Below are positions 37,031 through 46,348 of a stretch of DNA of 64,000 bases, in pieces (position 1 is the stretch's first letter; every line of letters begins with the position of its first letter). The notes beneath the pieces were generated by a model, which searched no databases, had not been told where the DNA came from, and worked only from the letters and a program-made list of their open reading frames with translations. Location: contig JAGDXS010000019.1 in NCBI GenBank assembly GCA_023261755.1, forward strand, positions 653-64,652, given 5' to 3'. Source of the DNA: Thermoplasmata archaeon (GTDB lineage: Archaea; Thermoplasmatota; Thermoplasmata; Thermoplasmatales; ARK-15). A program made the translations under genes and the position numbers.

Positions 37031-37297
37031 TTATTTTTCTAGGTCTTCTAGTCTTTTTCTTATATAATTCATTCTTTCTTGAAGATATTTTAGTTCATTT
37101 TCAAGTGCGGTTTTTTCATCCACTGGCTGAAATCCATAGTTAGTTCCTGTAGCCATATTTTGATTCCAAGGATATTGAGTGTAATTCTGATATGGATAGT
37201 TCCATCTCCACCCCCTTGGCAGACCTGTCCAAGGGCAATAGCCTAGAGTAGCTCCCCATCCTCTACCTCTTCCACCATACCATCCTGGTCCATACAT
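37031..37297 (-). CDS. DUF5320-like Gly/Arg/Trp-rich protein with C-terminal coiled coil
   Basis: 88 aa; MYGPGWYGGRGRGWGATLGYCPWTGLPRGWRW... then EKTALENELKYLQERMNYIRKRLEDLEK. Confidence 0.7.
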   Translation of the reverse strand: MYGPGWYGGRGRGWGATLGYCPWTGLPRGWRWNYPYQNYTQYPWNQNMATGTNYGFQPVDEKTALENELKYLQERMNYIRKRLEDLEK

Positions 37298-37394
37298 ATT
37301 TTATCACCTAATTACTCAAATGAGTAATTATATTTAAATTTTTCCATAGGGCAGAATGATAAATTAAAATTAAGGGAATCATATTAAACATGCA

Positions 37395-38084
37395 ATGTAT
37401 TTAATTAATATGTTAAAGTTTTTCATCGGAATAGCATTTCTTGCTATTGCATCATATCAGGATATCCGTGAAAGAGAAATTACTGCAATGATCTGGATAT
37501 TCATGGGGATCACATCAGCCATATTACTTTTTATTGCCTATTCTCAAGATATTTTCTATGTAATAACTATATTAGCAATATTCTTCCTATGGTTTTTAGA
37601 TATTGAAAAATATGAAAAATACTTGGATATCCTTTCATTAATAATTTTGATTTCAATACTTTTTTTTACAAAAGAAAATTTAGTATTTTTTGTTGATGGT
37701 ATACTTATAATATTTTATAAATACCTTTATAATTATGGCATTCTAGGTGGAAAAGCAGATGCGAGGGCCATTATGGCAATTACATTGCTCAATCCATTTT
37801 ATCCCGAACTCTTCTTAAACTTTTATGCAAATAGATCAATAGTTTCAATCATTTTTCCATATTCCCTCGAGGTTCTCTTTTATGCAGTTATAATCAATGC
37901 CATTGTATTCATTATTTATTTATTTTTCATTAATATAAAAAATGGTGCAAAATTTTTACCCAAAAAGATTTTCACTCATATATACAGTAATGGTGAATGG
38001 ATCAAATACCAAACACCATTTATACTTTCAATCTTAATAGCATTTATAATATCATACTTCTTTGATCTTTTTTATTTATTCTAG
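37395..38084 (+). CDS. A24-family prepilin/preflagellin peptidase-like membrane protein
   Basis: 229 aa polytopic. First Asp context SYQDIREREI; second Asp in LGGKADARAIM (a variant of GxGDxK). Confidence 0.55.
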   Translation: MYLINMLKFFIGIAFLAIASYQDIREREITAMIWIFMGITSAILLFIAYSQDIFYVITILAIFFLWFLDIEKYEKYLDILSLIILISILFFTKENLVFFVDGILIIFYKYLYNYGILGGKADARAIMAITLLNPFYPELFLNFYANRSIVSIIFPYSLEVLFYAVIINAIVFIIYLFFINIKNGAKFLPKKIFTHIYSNGEWIKYQTPFILSILIAFIISYFFDLFYLF

Positions 38085-39553
38085 CCCTTCATTACACCTA
38101 GAGGCCTCATTTTGACAATTATCCTTGATATATTAGCTCCCTGAACAGCTTCAACGACATCATCAACATTCTTGTATGCACCTGGAGCTTCTTCAGCTGC
38201 AACATCAGAACTTGCCGATTTTACATATATTCCCTTTTGCAACAGATCCTTCTTGACCTGTTCTCCCCTGTACCTTCTCAGTGCTTCATTTCTTGAAAGA
38301 ACCCTTCCAGCTCCATGGCATGTGGAACCAAAAGTTTCATTTATTGCTTGATCCGTTCCAACAAGGAGGTAAGAAGCTCTGCCCATGTCCCCAGGGATCA
38401 ATACTGGCTGGCCTATGTCCATATATATTTTGGGAAGTGCTGGATGCCCAGCAGGGAATGCCCTAGTTGCACCTTTTCTGTGAACAATTACCTTTTTTCT
38501 CCTTCCATCAATTTCATATTCCTCTATCTTAGCTATATTATGAGCAAGTGAATATATAACATGCATGTCAAGGTCTTCCGCCGATGCCTTGAATATTTTT
38601 TCAAATGCTGTCCTTGCCCAGTGGTTGATCATTTGCCTATTTACGAAGCCAAAATTTGCCGCAGCAGCCATAGCGGATATGTAATCTTGCGCTTCCTTTG
38701 AATCTATGGGAGCGCTAGCCAATTGTTTGTCAGGCAATTCGATGTTATATTTTCTCGCAGCGTCCTCCATCACTTCTATGTAATCAGTTGCTACCTGATG
38801 GCCCAAGCCCCTTGAACCTGTATGTATCATTACTGTGATTTGACCCTCTTCCATTATGCCAAATTTTTTCGCAATTTCCGGTAAAAATATTTTATCTACA
38901 ACCTGAACTTCAAGGAAATGGTTACCTGCACCAAGTGAACCGAGCTGCGGAGCTCCCCTTGATTTTGCTTTTTCAGATACCTTCGATGGGTCTGCATTTT
39001 GAATTCTTCCATTTTCCTCAATCCTTTCAAGGTCCTCTTCCCATCCAAATCCATTTGAAACTGCCCATTTTGCGCCTTCTGCAAGAACATTATTCAATTC
39101 ATTTTTATTCAATTTTATTTTCCCCTCAGAACCTACGCCACTTGGAACCTCTTTGAAAATTGCATCAATGAGTTCTTTTATTTTAGGTTGTACATCCTTA
39201 ATGCTTAAATTTGTTCTTAGCATTTTTACACCGCAGTTAATGTCGTAACCTACACCCCCAGGGCTTATGATACCTTCATCATAATCGAAGGCTGCTACGC
39301 CACCTATTGGGAAACCATACCCCCAGTGAATATCCGGCATAGCATAGGATGCCCTTATAATACCTGGAAGAAAAGCGACATTAGCAACCTGTTCTGGTGC
39401 ATTGTCTTTCCTTATTTCATTTATCATGTGCTCAGAGGCAAATATTATTCCATCTACACGCATGCCTTTTTTGTAAGTTTTTGGTATTCTCCATCTGAAA
39501 TTATCAACTCTTTCCAAAGGTCCATTGTACATTTTTTTCACCCTTAAAAACAA
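38081..39553 (-). CDS. rtcB: RNA-splicing ligase RtcB
   Basis: 490 aa; GGVGYDINCG, GAGNHF, HTGSRGLG, CHGAGR. Confidence 0.95.
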   Translation of the reverse strand: MFLRVKKMYNGPLERVDNFRWRIPKTYKKGMRVDGIIFASEHMINEIRKDNAPEQVANVAFLPGIIRASYAMPDIHWGYGFPIGGVAAFDYDEGIISPGGVGYDINCGVKMLRTNLSIKDVQPKIKELIDAIFKEVPSGVGSEGKIKLNKNELNNVLAEGAKWAVSNGFGWEEDLERIEENGRIQNADPSKVSEKAKSRGAPQLGSLGAGNHFLEVQVVDKIFLPEIAKKFGIMEEGQITVMIHTGSRGLGHQVATDYIEVMEDAARKYNIELPDKQLASAPIDSKEAQDYISAMAAAANFGFVNRQMINHWARTAFEKIFKASAEDLDMHVIYSLAHNIAKIEEYEIDGRRKKVIVHRKGATRAFPAGHPALPKIYMDIGQPVLIPGDMGRASYLLVGTDQAINETFGSTCHGAGRVLSRNEALRRYRGEQVKKDLLQKGIYVKSASSDVAAEEAPGAYKNVDDVVEAVQGANISRIIVKMRPLGVMKG

Positions 39554-39556
39554 AAT

Positions 39557-40672
39557 CTATTTTATAACATCCACACCATGCCTTTCTTTAAGTTCCTGCT
39601 CTGTGATCTTGCCCATAATCTGTTTTGATTTAACGCCAGTTGCAACTATCATTACATTAATTTTTCCCTCAAATTCAGGATCTATAGCAGCTCCCCAAAT
39701 AATTCTTGCCTTATCACCTACACGTTTGTGTACTTCTTCAACAATGGTTTGTGCCTCTGAAACAGTCATTTCAGGACCACCTATCACATGAACAAGGACA
39801 CCTGTAGCAGAAGAAATATCCACCTCAAGAAGAGGTGAATTAACTGCATCTTCAAGTGCTTCCTGGGCGCGTTCATCTCCTGCGGATTCGCTTTCGCCAA
39901 CTCCTATCATAGCAACTCCGCCATCTTTCATTATCGTCTTTAGATCGTTGAAGTCCAGATTAACCAATCCTGGTTTGGTGATCATTTCTGTGAGACCTTT
40001 TATAGCACGCATAAGAACAGTATCTGCAACCTTAAATGCATCATTCAATGGCATTCTTGGCACAAGCTCAAGTAATTTATCATTTGGTATTGTTATTACT
40101 GTATCTGCTGCTTCTCTGAGTTTATCAAGACCATAGAGTGCATTTTCCATCCTTGTTCTTCCCTCTGATGTAAACGGGAGCGTGCATACAGCTATTGTAA
40201 GTGCCCCAAGTTCTTTTGCTATTTTTGCAACGTATGGAGCAGAGCCTGTACCTGTTCCACCACCCAATCCACAAGTTATAAAAACAATATCAGATCCTTG
40301 AAGGGTGCTTCTTATTTTATCTTCCGCCTCTCTTGCAGCTTCTTCACCCACCTGGGGTATTGCACCTGCACCAAGGCCTCTTGTAATTCTCTTACCAAGA
40401 AGTATTTTCTTTTGGGCTTTTGTTATAAGCAAATGTTGTGCATCTGTATTTGCCGCAATAAGTTCAGCGCCTATTACCCCCTCTTCCATGATCCTGTTTA
40501 TAGTATTTGATCCTCCACCACCACATCCTATTATTTTTATTACAGTTTTCAAACCCCTTAATATTTCTTCCAGCTCCTTATCCTCTTCAGATTCCGTAAT
40601 GTTTTCATTACTTTTATATTGATTTTCATTTACGTATGATTTTGATAACACATCCTTTAGAAGGGATTTCAT
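39557..40672 (-). CDS. ftsZ: cell division GTPase FtsZ
   Basis: 371 aa; GCGGGGSN, tubulin signature [12 protein letters not shown]. Confidence 0.95.
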   Translation of the reverse strand: MKSLLKDVLSKSYVNENQYKSNENITESEEDKELEEILRGLKTVIKIIGCGGGGSNTINRIMEEGVIGAELIAANTDAQHLLITKAQKKILLGKRITRGLGAGAIPQVGEEAAREAEDKIRSTLQGSDIVFITCGLGGGTGTGSAPYVAKIAKELGALTIAVCTLPFTSEGRTRMENALYGLDKLREAADTVITIPNDKLLELVPRMPLNDAFKVADTVLMRAIKGLTEMITKPGLVNLDFNDLKTIMKDGGVAMIGVGESESAGDERAQEALEDAVNSPLLEVDISSATGVLVHVIGGPEMTVSEAQTIVEEVHKRVGDKARIIWGAAIDPEFEGKINVMIVATGVKSKQIMGKITEQELKERHGVDVIK

Positions 40673-40848
40673 TCTCTTTCACCAATATGATAATTTCTAA
40701 CCTGATATTTAAAACATTGCTTGATAATTTTTATTTTAGAATAAAGTTTTGAATCCAGGTATAAAGCTTTAAGAGATTCCTCAAGCTTCTTCATATTTTT
40801 TAAGATATGATAATCATTAATAAATTTGTACCCCATATTAATATTCAT
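40669..40848 (-). CDS. hypothetical 59-aa ORF translationally coupled to ftsZ (doubtful)
   Basis: Below the ORF-track size cutoff. [59 protein letters not shown]. Its TGA overlaps the ftsZ ATG (ATGA). Confidence 0.25.
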   Translation of the reverse strand: MNINMGYKFINDYHILKNMKKLEESLKALYLDSKLYSKIKIIKQCFKYQVRNYHIGERE

Positions 40849-41254
40849 TTTGCAATCAGTACATTAGAGAAAGAATTAGTAATAAAAAATCATAATAGGG
40901 AATATATCCTTTAGGAATATTCTGCAAACTATATTCAAAATTAATATAGCTTATGTAAAAAACTGGGATTATGAATATTGGATTATTTGTTTATATTGAT
41001 ACTTTTTGATTTAATAAACCAAAAATATTTTCAAATGATCCAGCAAAATATTATTCATTCGGTATGTAAAATTAATAATCTTATTGTTTTTAATCTCCAT
41101 AGATGTCACGTTAGAAAAATTAATTTTTCTCCAGAGCCATTATTCCCATCCTCAATTTAAATTTTTATTCTGAAAAAATAAAATAAATAATTCTCATTAA
41201 ATATAACTTTGATTAAAGAAAAATTTATGCATATCTTATTAATGATTAATAAAC

Positions 41255-41902
41255 ATGGATGATGAGAAAAGCGAACTCCTATATGCGCTTTTCACGAAGC
41301 TGCTCCAAGAGTTAAATGAAATAAAGGAAAAGGAAAGTATAAAAAATGATGATATTGACAGCATTATAAAATCATATGAGAAAAAATTGAAAATAATTAT
41401 GAACAGGTCCGCAAAAAAGCCATCATTTTCTCTAAAATATGGTCAATCTTACATAATAGATGAAGAAAAGCCTGTTGAATGTTATAATATATTTAAGCAA
41501 GCAATATCTAGAGGATCTTCAGGATTGTGTATAACAAGAACACACCCTGAAAGCATATCTTTCTACGGATCAGCAAAGAATGTTAAATTCATATGGCTTT
41601 CAAAGGCAAATGTTGAAGGAAAGAAGGAATATACTTCACTACAGCCATCAGATCTTAATATAATAGTGAATAACATTACAGATTTTATAAAAAGTAATTT
41701 AAGGGGCGTAATACTTTTAGAAGGTTTGGAAATGCTATACACAAACAGCGGTTTTCAAAATTTAATTAAAGCTATTACAACTATAAAAGATCTTGTTGCA
41801 GAAAATAAAGGAGTTTTCTTGATATCAGTGAATTTAAAATCGTTCAAAGAAGAAGAAAAAAATATTTTGATTAGAGAATTTAATCCTATCACTGTGCCTT
41901 AA
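41255..41902 (+). CDS. DUF835-family protein
   Basis: 215 aa; N-terminal coiled coil, then GQSYIIDEEKP...GSSGLCITRTHPE...FIWLS...ILLEGLEMLY..., as I recall for archaeal DUF835. Confidence 0.65.
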   Translation: MDDEKSELLYALFTKLLQELNEIKEKESIKNDDIDSIIKSYEKKLKIIMNRSAKKPSFSLKYGQSYIIDEEKPVECYNIFKQAISRGSSGLCITRTHPESISFYGSAKNVKFIWLSKANVEGKKEYTSLQPSDLNIIVNNITDFIKSNLRGVILLEGLEMLYTNSGFQNLIKAITTIKDLVAENKGVFLISVNLKSFKEEEKNILIREFNPITVP

Positions 41903-42407
41903 GGGGCAGTATCTCTATCTTGGAAGGTGTAGGAAGCTTCATCATTGCCTTTCTCAAACCTTCCTTTGCCTTTTCTATGTTCTCAGAATCTACTCTTACA
42001 AACATTATTACTTCTCCAGATTTTACCCTTGCAGCTGTACCTACAGGCTTGCCAAACGCCATGCTCATACCACTGGATATCCTATCTGCACCCGCACCTG
42101 TTGCCATCTTATGCTCCCTTAAAACGTGGTGCGGATAGACCCTTATTTTTAAATAATAATTTGTTGCCCCCAGAGCTGTCATAAGATATTTGTTTGCTGA
42201 TACCCTTGCTGCCTCAAGAGCAGTATGCCTTATTTGGCAATCCTCCTCTGCAATTAAATTTAATACGTATCCGAACCTGAACTGGTTCTTTAAATCACCA
42301 TGTTCAAATTCATGGATCCTTGGCTGCGGTATTCCGGCTATGTATTCCTTTCTAGTGTATGCCGGACCCGTAATCTTCCTGTACATTCTTGCAGGTTTCC
42401 TTACCAT
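41889..42407 (-). CDS. rpl10e: 50S ribosomal protein L10e (uL16)
   Basis: 172 aa; MVRKPARMYRKITGPAYTRKEYI... Confidence 0.95.
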   Translation of the reverse strand: MVRKPARMYRKITGPAYTRKEYIAGIPQPRIHEFEHGDLKNQFRFGYVLNLIAEEDCQIRHTALEAARVSANKYLMTALGATNYYLKIRVYPHHVLREHKMATGAGADRISSGMSMAFGKPVGTAARVKSGEVIMFVRVDSENIEKAKEGLRKAMMKLPTPSKIEILPLKAQ

Positions 42408-42466
42408 TTTAAATCACACCTTCCAATTTTAGGATACCTGAAAGCTTTCTCTCTTTTTAAGTTTTT

Positions 42467-43003
42467 TTATTTTTCTGCAGGTACAAAGTAAAGCGTTGAA
42501 GCATCCACTTTTTCTAGGGGTACATCCTTAAATTTAGGTTTAATTTTCATGCCTATTCTTATATCCTTAAGACCTATGTTTATTTCACCAGGTTCATTTA
42601 TAACAAGAGTGCTTGTTAGCTTTGAATATGAATTATCATATCCTTGAACATCTATATTTATCAGTGTGTAAGGTATCCTATCGAGAAATGTTTCCCCTGC
42701 AAAGTATGCAGTTGTAAATGTATATATTCTTATATCAGCATCAGTAAGATCTACCCATTCTGTTACTTCTGCCATGCATTCAGGGCAGTCAGCCCTCGGA
42801 GGCAGAAATAGCAGATCTTTACCATTTTTATGCTTTTCCCTGTTTCTGCATACAGTACCTAGAAGCCTTTTATTTTTCAGACCAACAAAGAACGGAGAAA
42901 CTTCTCCAAATGTGTGCTTGTATAATATGGAATAAGGAAAATCAACTATAAGAGGATCCTTATTTTTTGAAACATATTTTTCTCCTACAGACATTTTTAC
43001 CAT
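42467..43003 (-). CDS. DUF35 OB-fold/zinc-ribbon acyl-CoA-associated protein
   Basis: 178 aa; partial zinc ribbon (CRNREKH...CPEC) plus OB-fold length. Overlaps the thiolase gene by 7 nt. Confidence 0.75.
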   Translation of the reverse strand: MVKMSVGEKYVSKNKDPLIVDFPYSILYKHTFGEVSPFFVGLKNKRLLGTVCRNREKHKNGKDLLFLPPRADCPECMAEVTEWVDLTDADIRIYTFTTAYFAGETFLDRIPYTLINIDVQGYDNSYSKLTSTLVINEPGEINIGLKDIRIGMKIKPKFKDVPLEKVDASTLYFVPAEK

Positions 43004-44355
43004 CCCCTTCCTAAAACAAATACAGTAACATCACTACCAGTTCCAGCATGGCTATGGGCCAGGCCTCTTTTTGCGTTTTTAACCTGCAGCTTATCACTTC
43101 CATAGAATTTTTCAATTTTTCCTTGAATCTGCCACATTACGCTCACTGCCTGCATTATCCCTGTTGCCCCTACGGCATGCATGCATCCAAGCAATCCGCC
43201 TGATGGGTTCACATGCACCCTGTTTGCAAGTTTAGGATTTATTTCTTTGAAAACACCTTTTTCATCATCGAAAGGTGCTGAATCTATTAATTTTCCGCCC
43301 TCACCATATTTAGCAAGTCCAAGGTCTTCGTAAGTTTGCAATTCGCTTGATGTGTATGCATCGTGAAGTTCTACAACATCTATCTGTTCAAGAGGGTTTG
43401 TAATTCCAGCCATCTTGTATGCCATCTTAGCTGCTTTTCTTCCTGCCCTGAAAGAATGAAGGCCCGGATAAACCATATCTTCGTACCATTCTGCCTTTTC
43501 ATGGGGCAATAGAAGATCATCTTTTATAAGACCTCCTACTGTTGTTGGCCTATCCGCCGGCCTCATAGTATCTGTTCCATTCCCCACACCCTCTATAATT
43601 ACAGGCCTATCCGTCAGTTCCTTAGCAATAGATTCCTCCGCCAAAATTGCTACGGCTGCGCCATCGCTCATTAGGCAGCAATCGAGCCTTTTGAGTGGTG
43701 TTGCAATCATTGGGGAATTTAGCACATCATATATTGTAATAAAACCTGATGTACTCTTAGTTGCATATGGATTTTTTGAATTTGTTTGGGCAAAGAAATT
43801 GTACTGCGCATTGTTCCTGTTTTTCACAGCTACCTTGGCCATCTGTTTTTCTGTTATACCAAATTCATACATGTATCTTGTAGCCATAGCAGCATAATAA
43901 GCTGAATAGTAGCCACCCACTGGGAAATCAAAATCTGTGTCTGATGCCAATGCTATGAATTCATTTCCCTTGCTCGTGCTTACTTCTGACATTTTTTCAA
44001 AGCCAATAACCATGACAACGCTTGCATCACCAGATTTTACCATTTCATAACCAGCCTTCAGGCCCAAACCACCAGTAGCTCCTCCACCCTCTATCCTTGC
44101 ACTCTGTATTGGATTAAATCCAAGGTAGTCCCTAATAATTGCACCGAAAAGCAACTGTCTCTCAAAATGGTCTGAAAAATAGCTAACTATTGTTCCATCT
44201 ATCATCTTTTTTACATCAAGAGGGTCTATTTTCAGATCATTTTCGAAAAGTGCCATCCTAGCTGCTTCCATTACAAGCTCTTCCTGCGTTGAATCTTTCC
44301 TTGCTTTGGCAAATTGTGTCATTCCTCCGGCAATCATTGCCACTCTATTTCCCAT
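42997..44355 (-). CDS. thiolase-domain protein (SCP-x / archaeal acetoacetyl-CoA thiolase type)
   Basis: 452 aa; IEGGGATGG, HDAYTSSELQ, GGLLGCMHAVGATG. Confidence 0.85.
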   Translation of the reverse strand: MGNRVAMIAGGMTQFAKARKDSTQEELVMEAARMALFENDLKIDPLDVKKMIDGTIVSYFSDHFERQLLFGAIIRDYLGFNPIQSARIEGGGATGGLGLKAGYEMVKSGDASVVMVIGFEKMSEVSTSKGNEFIALASDTDFDFPVGGYYSAYYAAMATRYMYEFGITEKQMAKVAVKNRNNAQYNFFAQTNSKNPYATKSTSGFITIYDVLNSPMIATPLKRLDCCLMSDGAAVAILAEESIAKELTDRPVIIEGVGNGTDTMRPADRPTTVGGLIKDDLLLPHEKAEWYEDMVYPGLHSFRAGRKAAKMAYKMAGITNPLEQIDVVELHDAYTSSELQTYEDLGLAKYGEGGKLIDSAPFDDEKGVFKEINPKLANRVHVNPSGGLLGCMHAVGATGIMQAVSVMWQIQGKIEKFYGSDKLQVKNAKRGLAHSHAGTGSDVTVFVLGRGW

Positions 44356-44372
44356 TTTTTCACACCTCCATA

Positions 44373-45497
44373 TTATTTTAAAAGCTCCTTAGCTATTATT
44401 ATTTTTTGCACCTCATTAGTGCCCTCACCTATTTCCATTAGCTTTGCATCCCTCAAATATTTGTCTATGCCAAAATCCCTGAAGTATCCATATCCTCCAT
44501 GGATCTGTATTGCTATTCTAGCAGAATCCATAGCTACCTGGCTTGCGAGGTATTTCGCCATTGATGCTTCCTTTCTCACAGGCAAATTTTTATCATAAAG
44601 TTCAGCAGCATGCTCTATCAGGTGCCTTGCTGCTTGAATGTTGGTAGCCATATCTGCAAGATAAAACTGTATGCCTTCATATTGTGAAATTGTATTTCCG
44701 AAAGCAACCCTTTCTTTTGAATATTCTATACTCAGGTTCAAGGATGCTTCAGCGAGTCCAAGTGCAATACCTGCTATCGCTATTCTTCCACCTTCGAGTA
44801 TTTTCATTGCCTGCCTAAAACCTTCACCTGGATTTCCTATCAAATTTTCTTCGGGCACTTCAACATCATTAAATACCAATTCACCTGTATCGCTTCCCCT
44901 CACACCTAATTTGTCCTTAATTTTCGTTCTTTCTAGGCCTGGTGATTCTCCATCCACTAGAAATGCGTTTATGCCATTGTCACCCTTGGCCATTATTACT
45001 ATGTATTTACTGCTCACACCATGTGTAATGAAGATTTTTTCTCCATTGATCTTATAAATATTTCCAATTTTTTTGTAAGAAGTATTCATGTTTTTAGCGT
45101 CCGATCCAGAAGTTGGTTCTGTTAAAGCCCATGCAACTGGAACAGCATTTTCTATTGTATAATCTATTACCATTTTTTTCAAATATTCAGAAGCGAATAG
45201 GAATACATGACCTAAACCAAGACTATTATGTGCCTCCAGGCTAAGCGCCAATCCACCTGAATACTTAGCCACAATTTCCAAAATTTTAGAATATACAAAC
45301 ATTGGGAGACCAAGACCTCCATAGCTTTCTGGTATTGTCATGGTTAGTAGACCGTAATCCTGCATCTTTCTGTAAAGTTCTTTAGGAACATGATCATCAG
45401 CATCGATTGTTTTGGCAATAGGTTCAATATTTTTTTTGGAAAATTCCTCCACCTGTGACAAAATTATTTTTTGTTCTTCAGTTAATTCATAAACCAT
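44373..45497 (-). CDS. acyl-CoA dehydrogenase
   Basis: ALTEPTSGSDA, HGGYGYFRD. Start taken at ATG 45497 (MVYELTEEQ...); the ORF-track start at 45554 is a TTG. Confidence 0.9.
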   Translation of the reverse strand: MVYELTEEQKIILSQVEEFSKKNIEPIAKTIDADDHVPKELYRKMQDYGLLTMTIPESYGGLGLPMFVYSKILEIVAKYSGGLALSLEAHNSLGLGHVFLFASEYLKKMVIDYTIENAVPVAWALTEPTSGSDAKNMNTSYKKIGNIYKINGEKIFITHGVSSKYIVIMAKGDNGINAFLVDGESPGLERTKIKDKLGVRGSDTGELVFNDVEVPEENLIGNPGEGFRQAMKILEGGRIAIAGIALGLAEASLNLSIEYSKERVAFGNTISQYEGIQFYLADMATNIQAARHLIEHAAELYDKNLPVRKEASMAKYLASQVAMDSARIAIQIHGGYGYFRDFGIDKYLRDAKLMEIGEGTNEVQKIIIAKELLK

Positions 45498-45646
45498 TTT
45501 TAACTTGCCCCCTGCAACAAATAAATTTTTTTCTATTATTTTGAAAATTTTCAATCATTATTTTTGATAAAGATAATTCTCTATAAAATTTTTTCATTTT
45601 TTAAATCAGGAATAAAAAAATATATGAAGAATTTATTTGTAAATTT

Positions 45647-46348
45647 ATGAAAATAGGTACGTGTGGCTTTTGTGAAGCAAGATCAAAGTATCTAATTGAT
45701 TTTGATGCAGTTGAAATTCAAAATACGTTTTATGATTTTGTGGATGAAGAATGGTTAAGAAATTTGAGAAATGAATTAAAGGATAATTTTGAAATTATCT
45801 TAAAAGCCATACAGATAATAACACACACGAATAAATCGCCAACATACAGGAGATTCAAGTCAGTGTATGGTAATGAAGAAAATTACGGTCATTTTAAAAA
45901 AACTAAAGAGGTATATGATGCAATGGAAAAAATGATTGAATATGCAAAGATAGTAAAATCTGATAAAATTGTTATTCAGGCTCCGCCCGATTTTCATGGA
46001 ACCAAACAGAATGTGGAAAACATCTCAGAATTTCTTGAATCATTTTCAGGAAAAAATATAAAAATATGTATTGAGTTTAGAGGAGAATGGGATGAAAATA
46101 CCCTACTTGATATTTTTAAAAAATTTAACATAATCCATGTTGTAGATCCGTTCAAGAAAAAGAGCTTATATGGAGAATTCAAATATTACAGGCTTCATGG
46201 AAAAAGTAATTATTCTTATTCATATAATGAAGATGATTTAAATTACTTGAAAAAAATTTTGAATGAAAATGATTATGTCATGTTTAATAATACACATATG
46301 TGCGAAAATGCCAAATCATTCAGGAAAATGGTGAAAAATGATATCTAG
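45647..46348 (+). CDS. DUF72-family protein
   Basis: 233 aa; MKIGTCGF...FDAVEIQNTFYDF...YYRLHG pattern typical of DUF72. Confidence 0.65.
   Translation: MKIGTCGFCEARSKYLIDFDAVEIQNTFYDFVDEEWLRNLRNELKDNFEIILKAIQIITHTNKSPTYRRFKSVYGNEENYGHFKKTKEVYDAMEKMIEYAKIVKSDKIVIQAPPDFHGTKQNVENISEFLESFSGKNIKICIEFRGEWDENTLLDIFKKFNIIHVVDPFKKKSLYGEFKYYRLHGKSNYSYSYNEDDLNYLKKILNENDYVMFNNTHMCENAKSFRKMVKNDI

Noticed and set aside
40978-41160. 60-aa plus-strand ORF in the ftsZ/DUF835 spacer
   Set aside because: It has a TTG start, no SD, and a low-complexity Ile/Asn/Phe-rich translation expected from AT-rich noncoding DNA.
40673-41254. Replication origin in the long AT-rich region upstream of ftsZ
   Set aside because: There is no adjacent orc1/cdc6 gene. 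I could find no repeated ORB-like elements; only two weak tctcca-ag matches. AT-richness alone is not diagnostic in this genome.
45541-45554. Treating the TTGAAAATTTTCAA palindrome as a confident operator feature
   Set aside because: A single 14-bp A/T-dominated palindrome in a ~150-bp AT-rich spacer is not far from chance expectation. I found no second copy upstream of the other acyl-CoA genes in the window. I mention it only as a lead.
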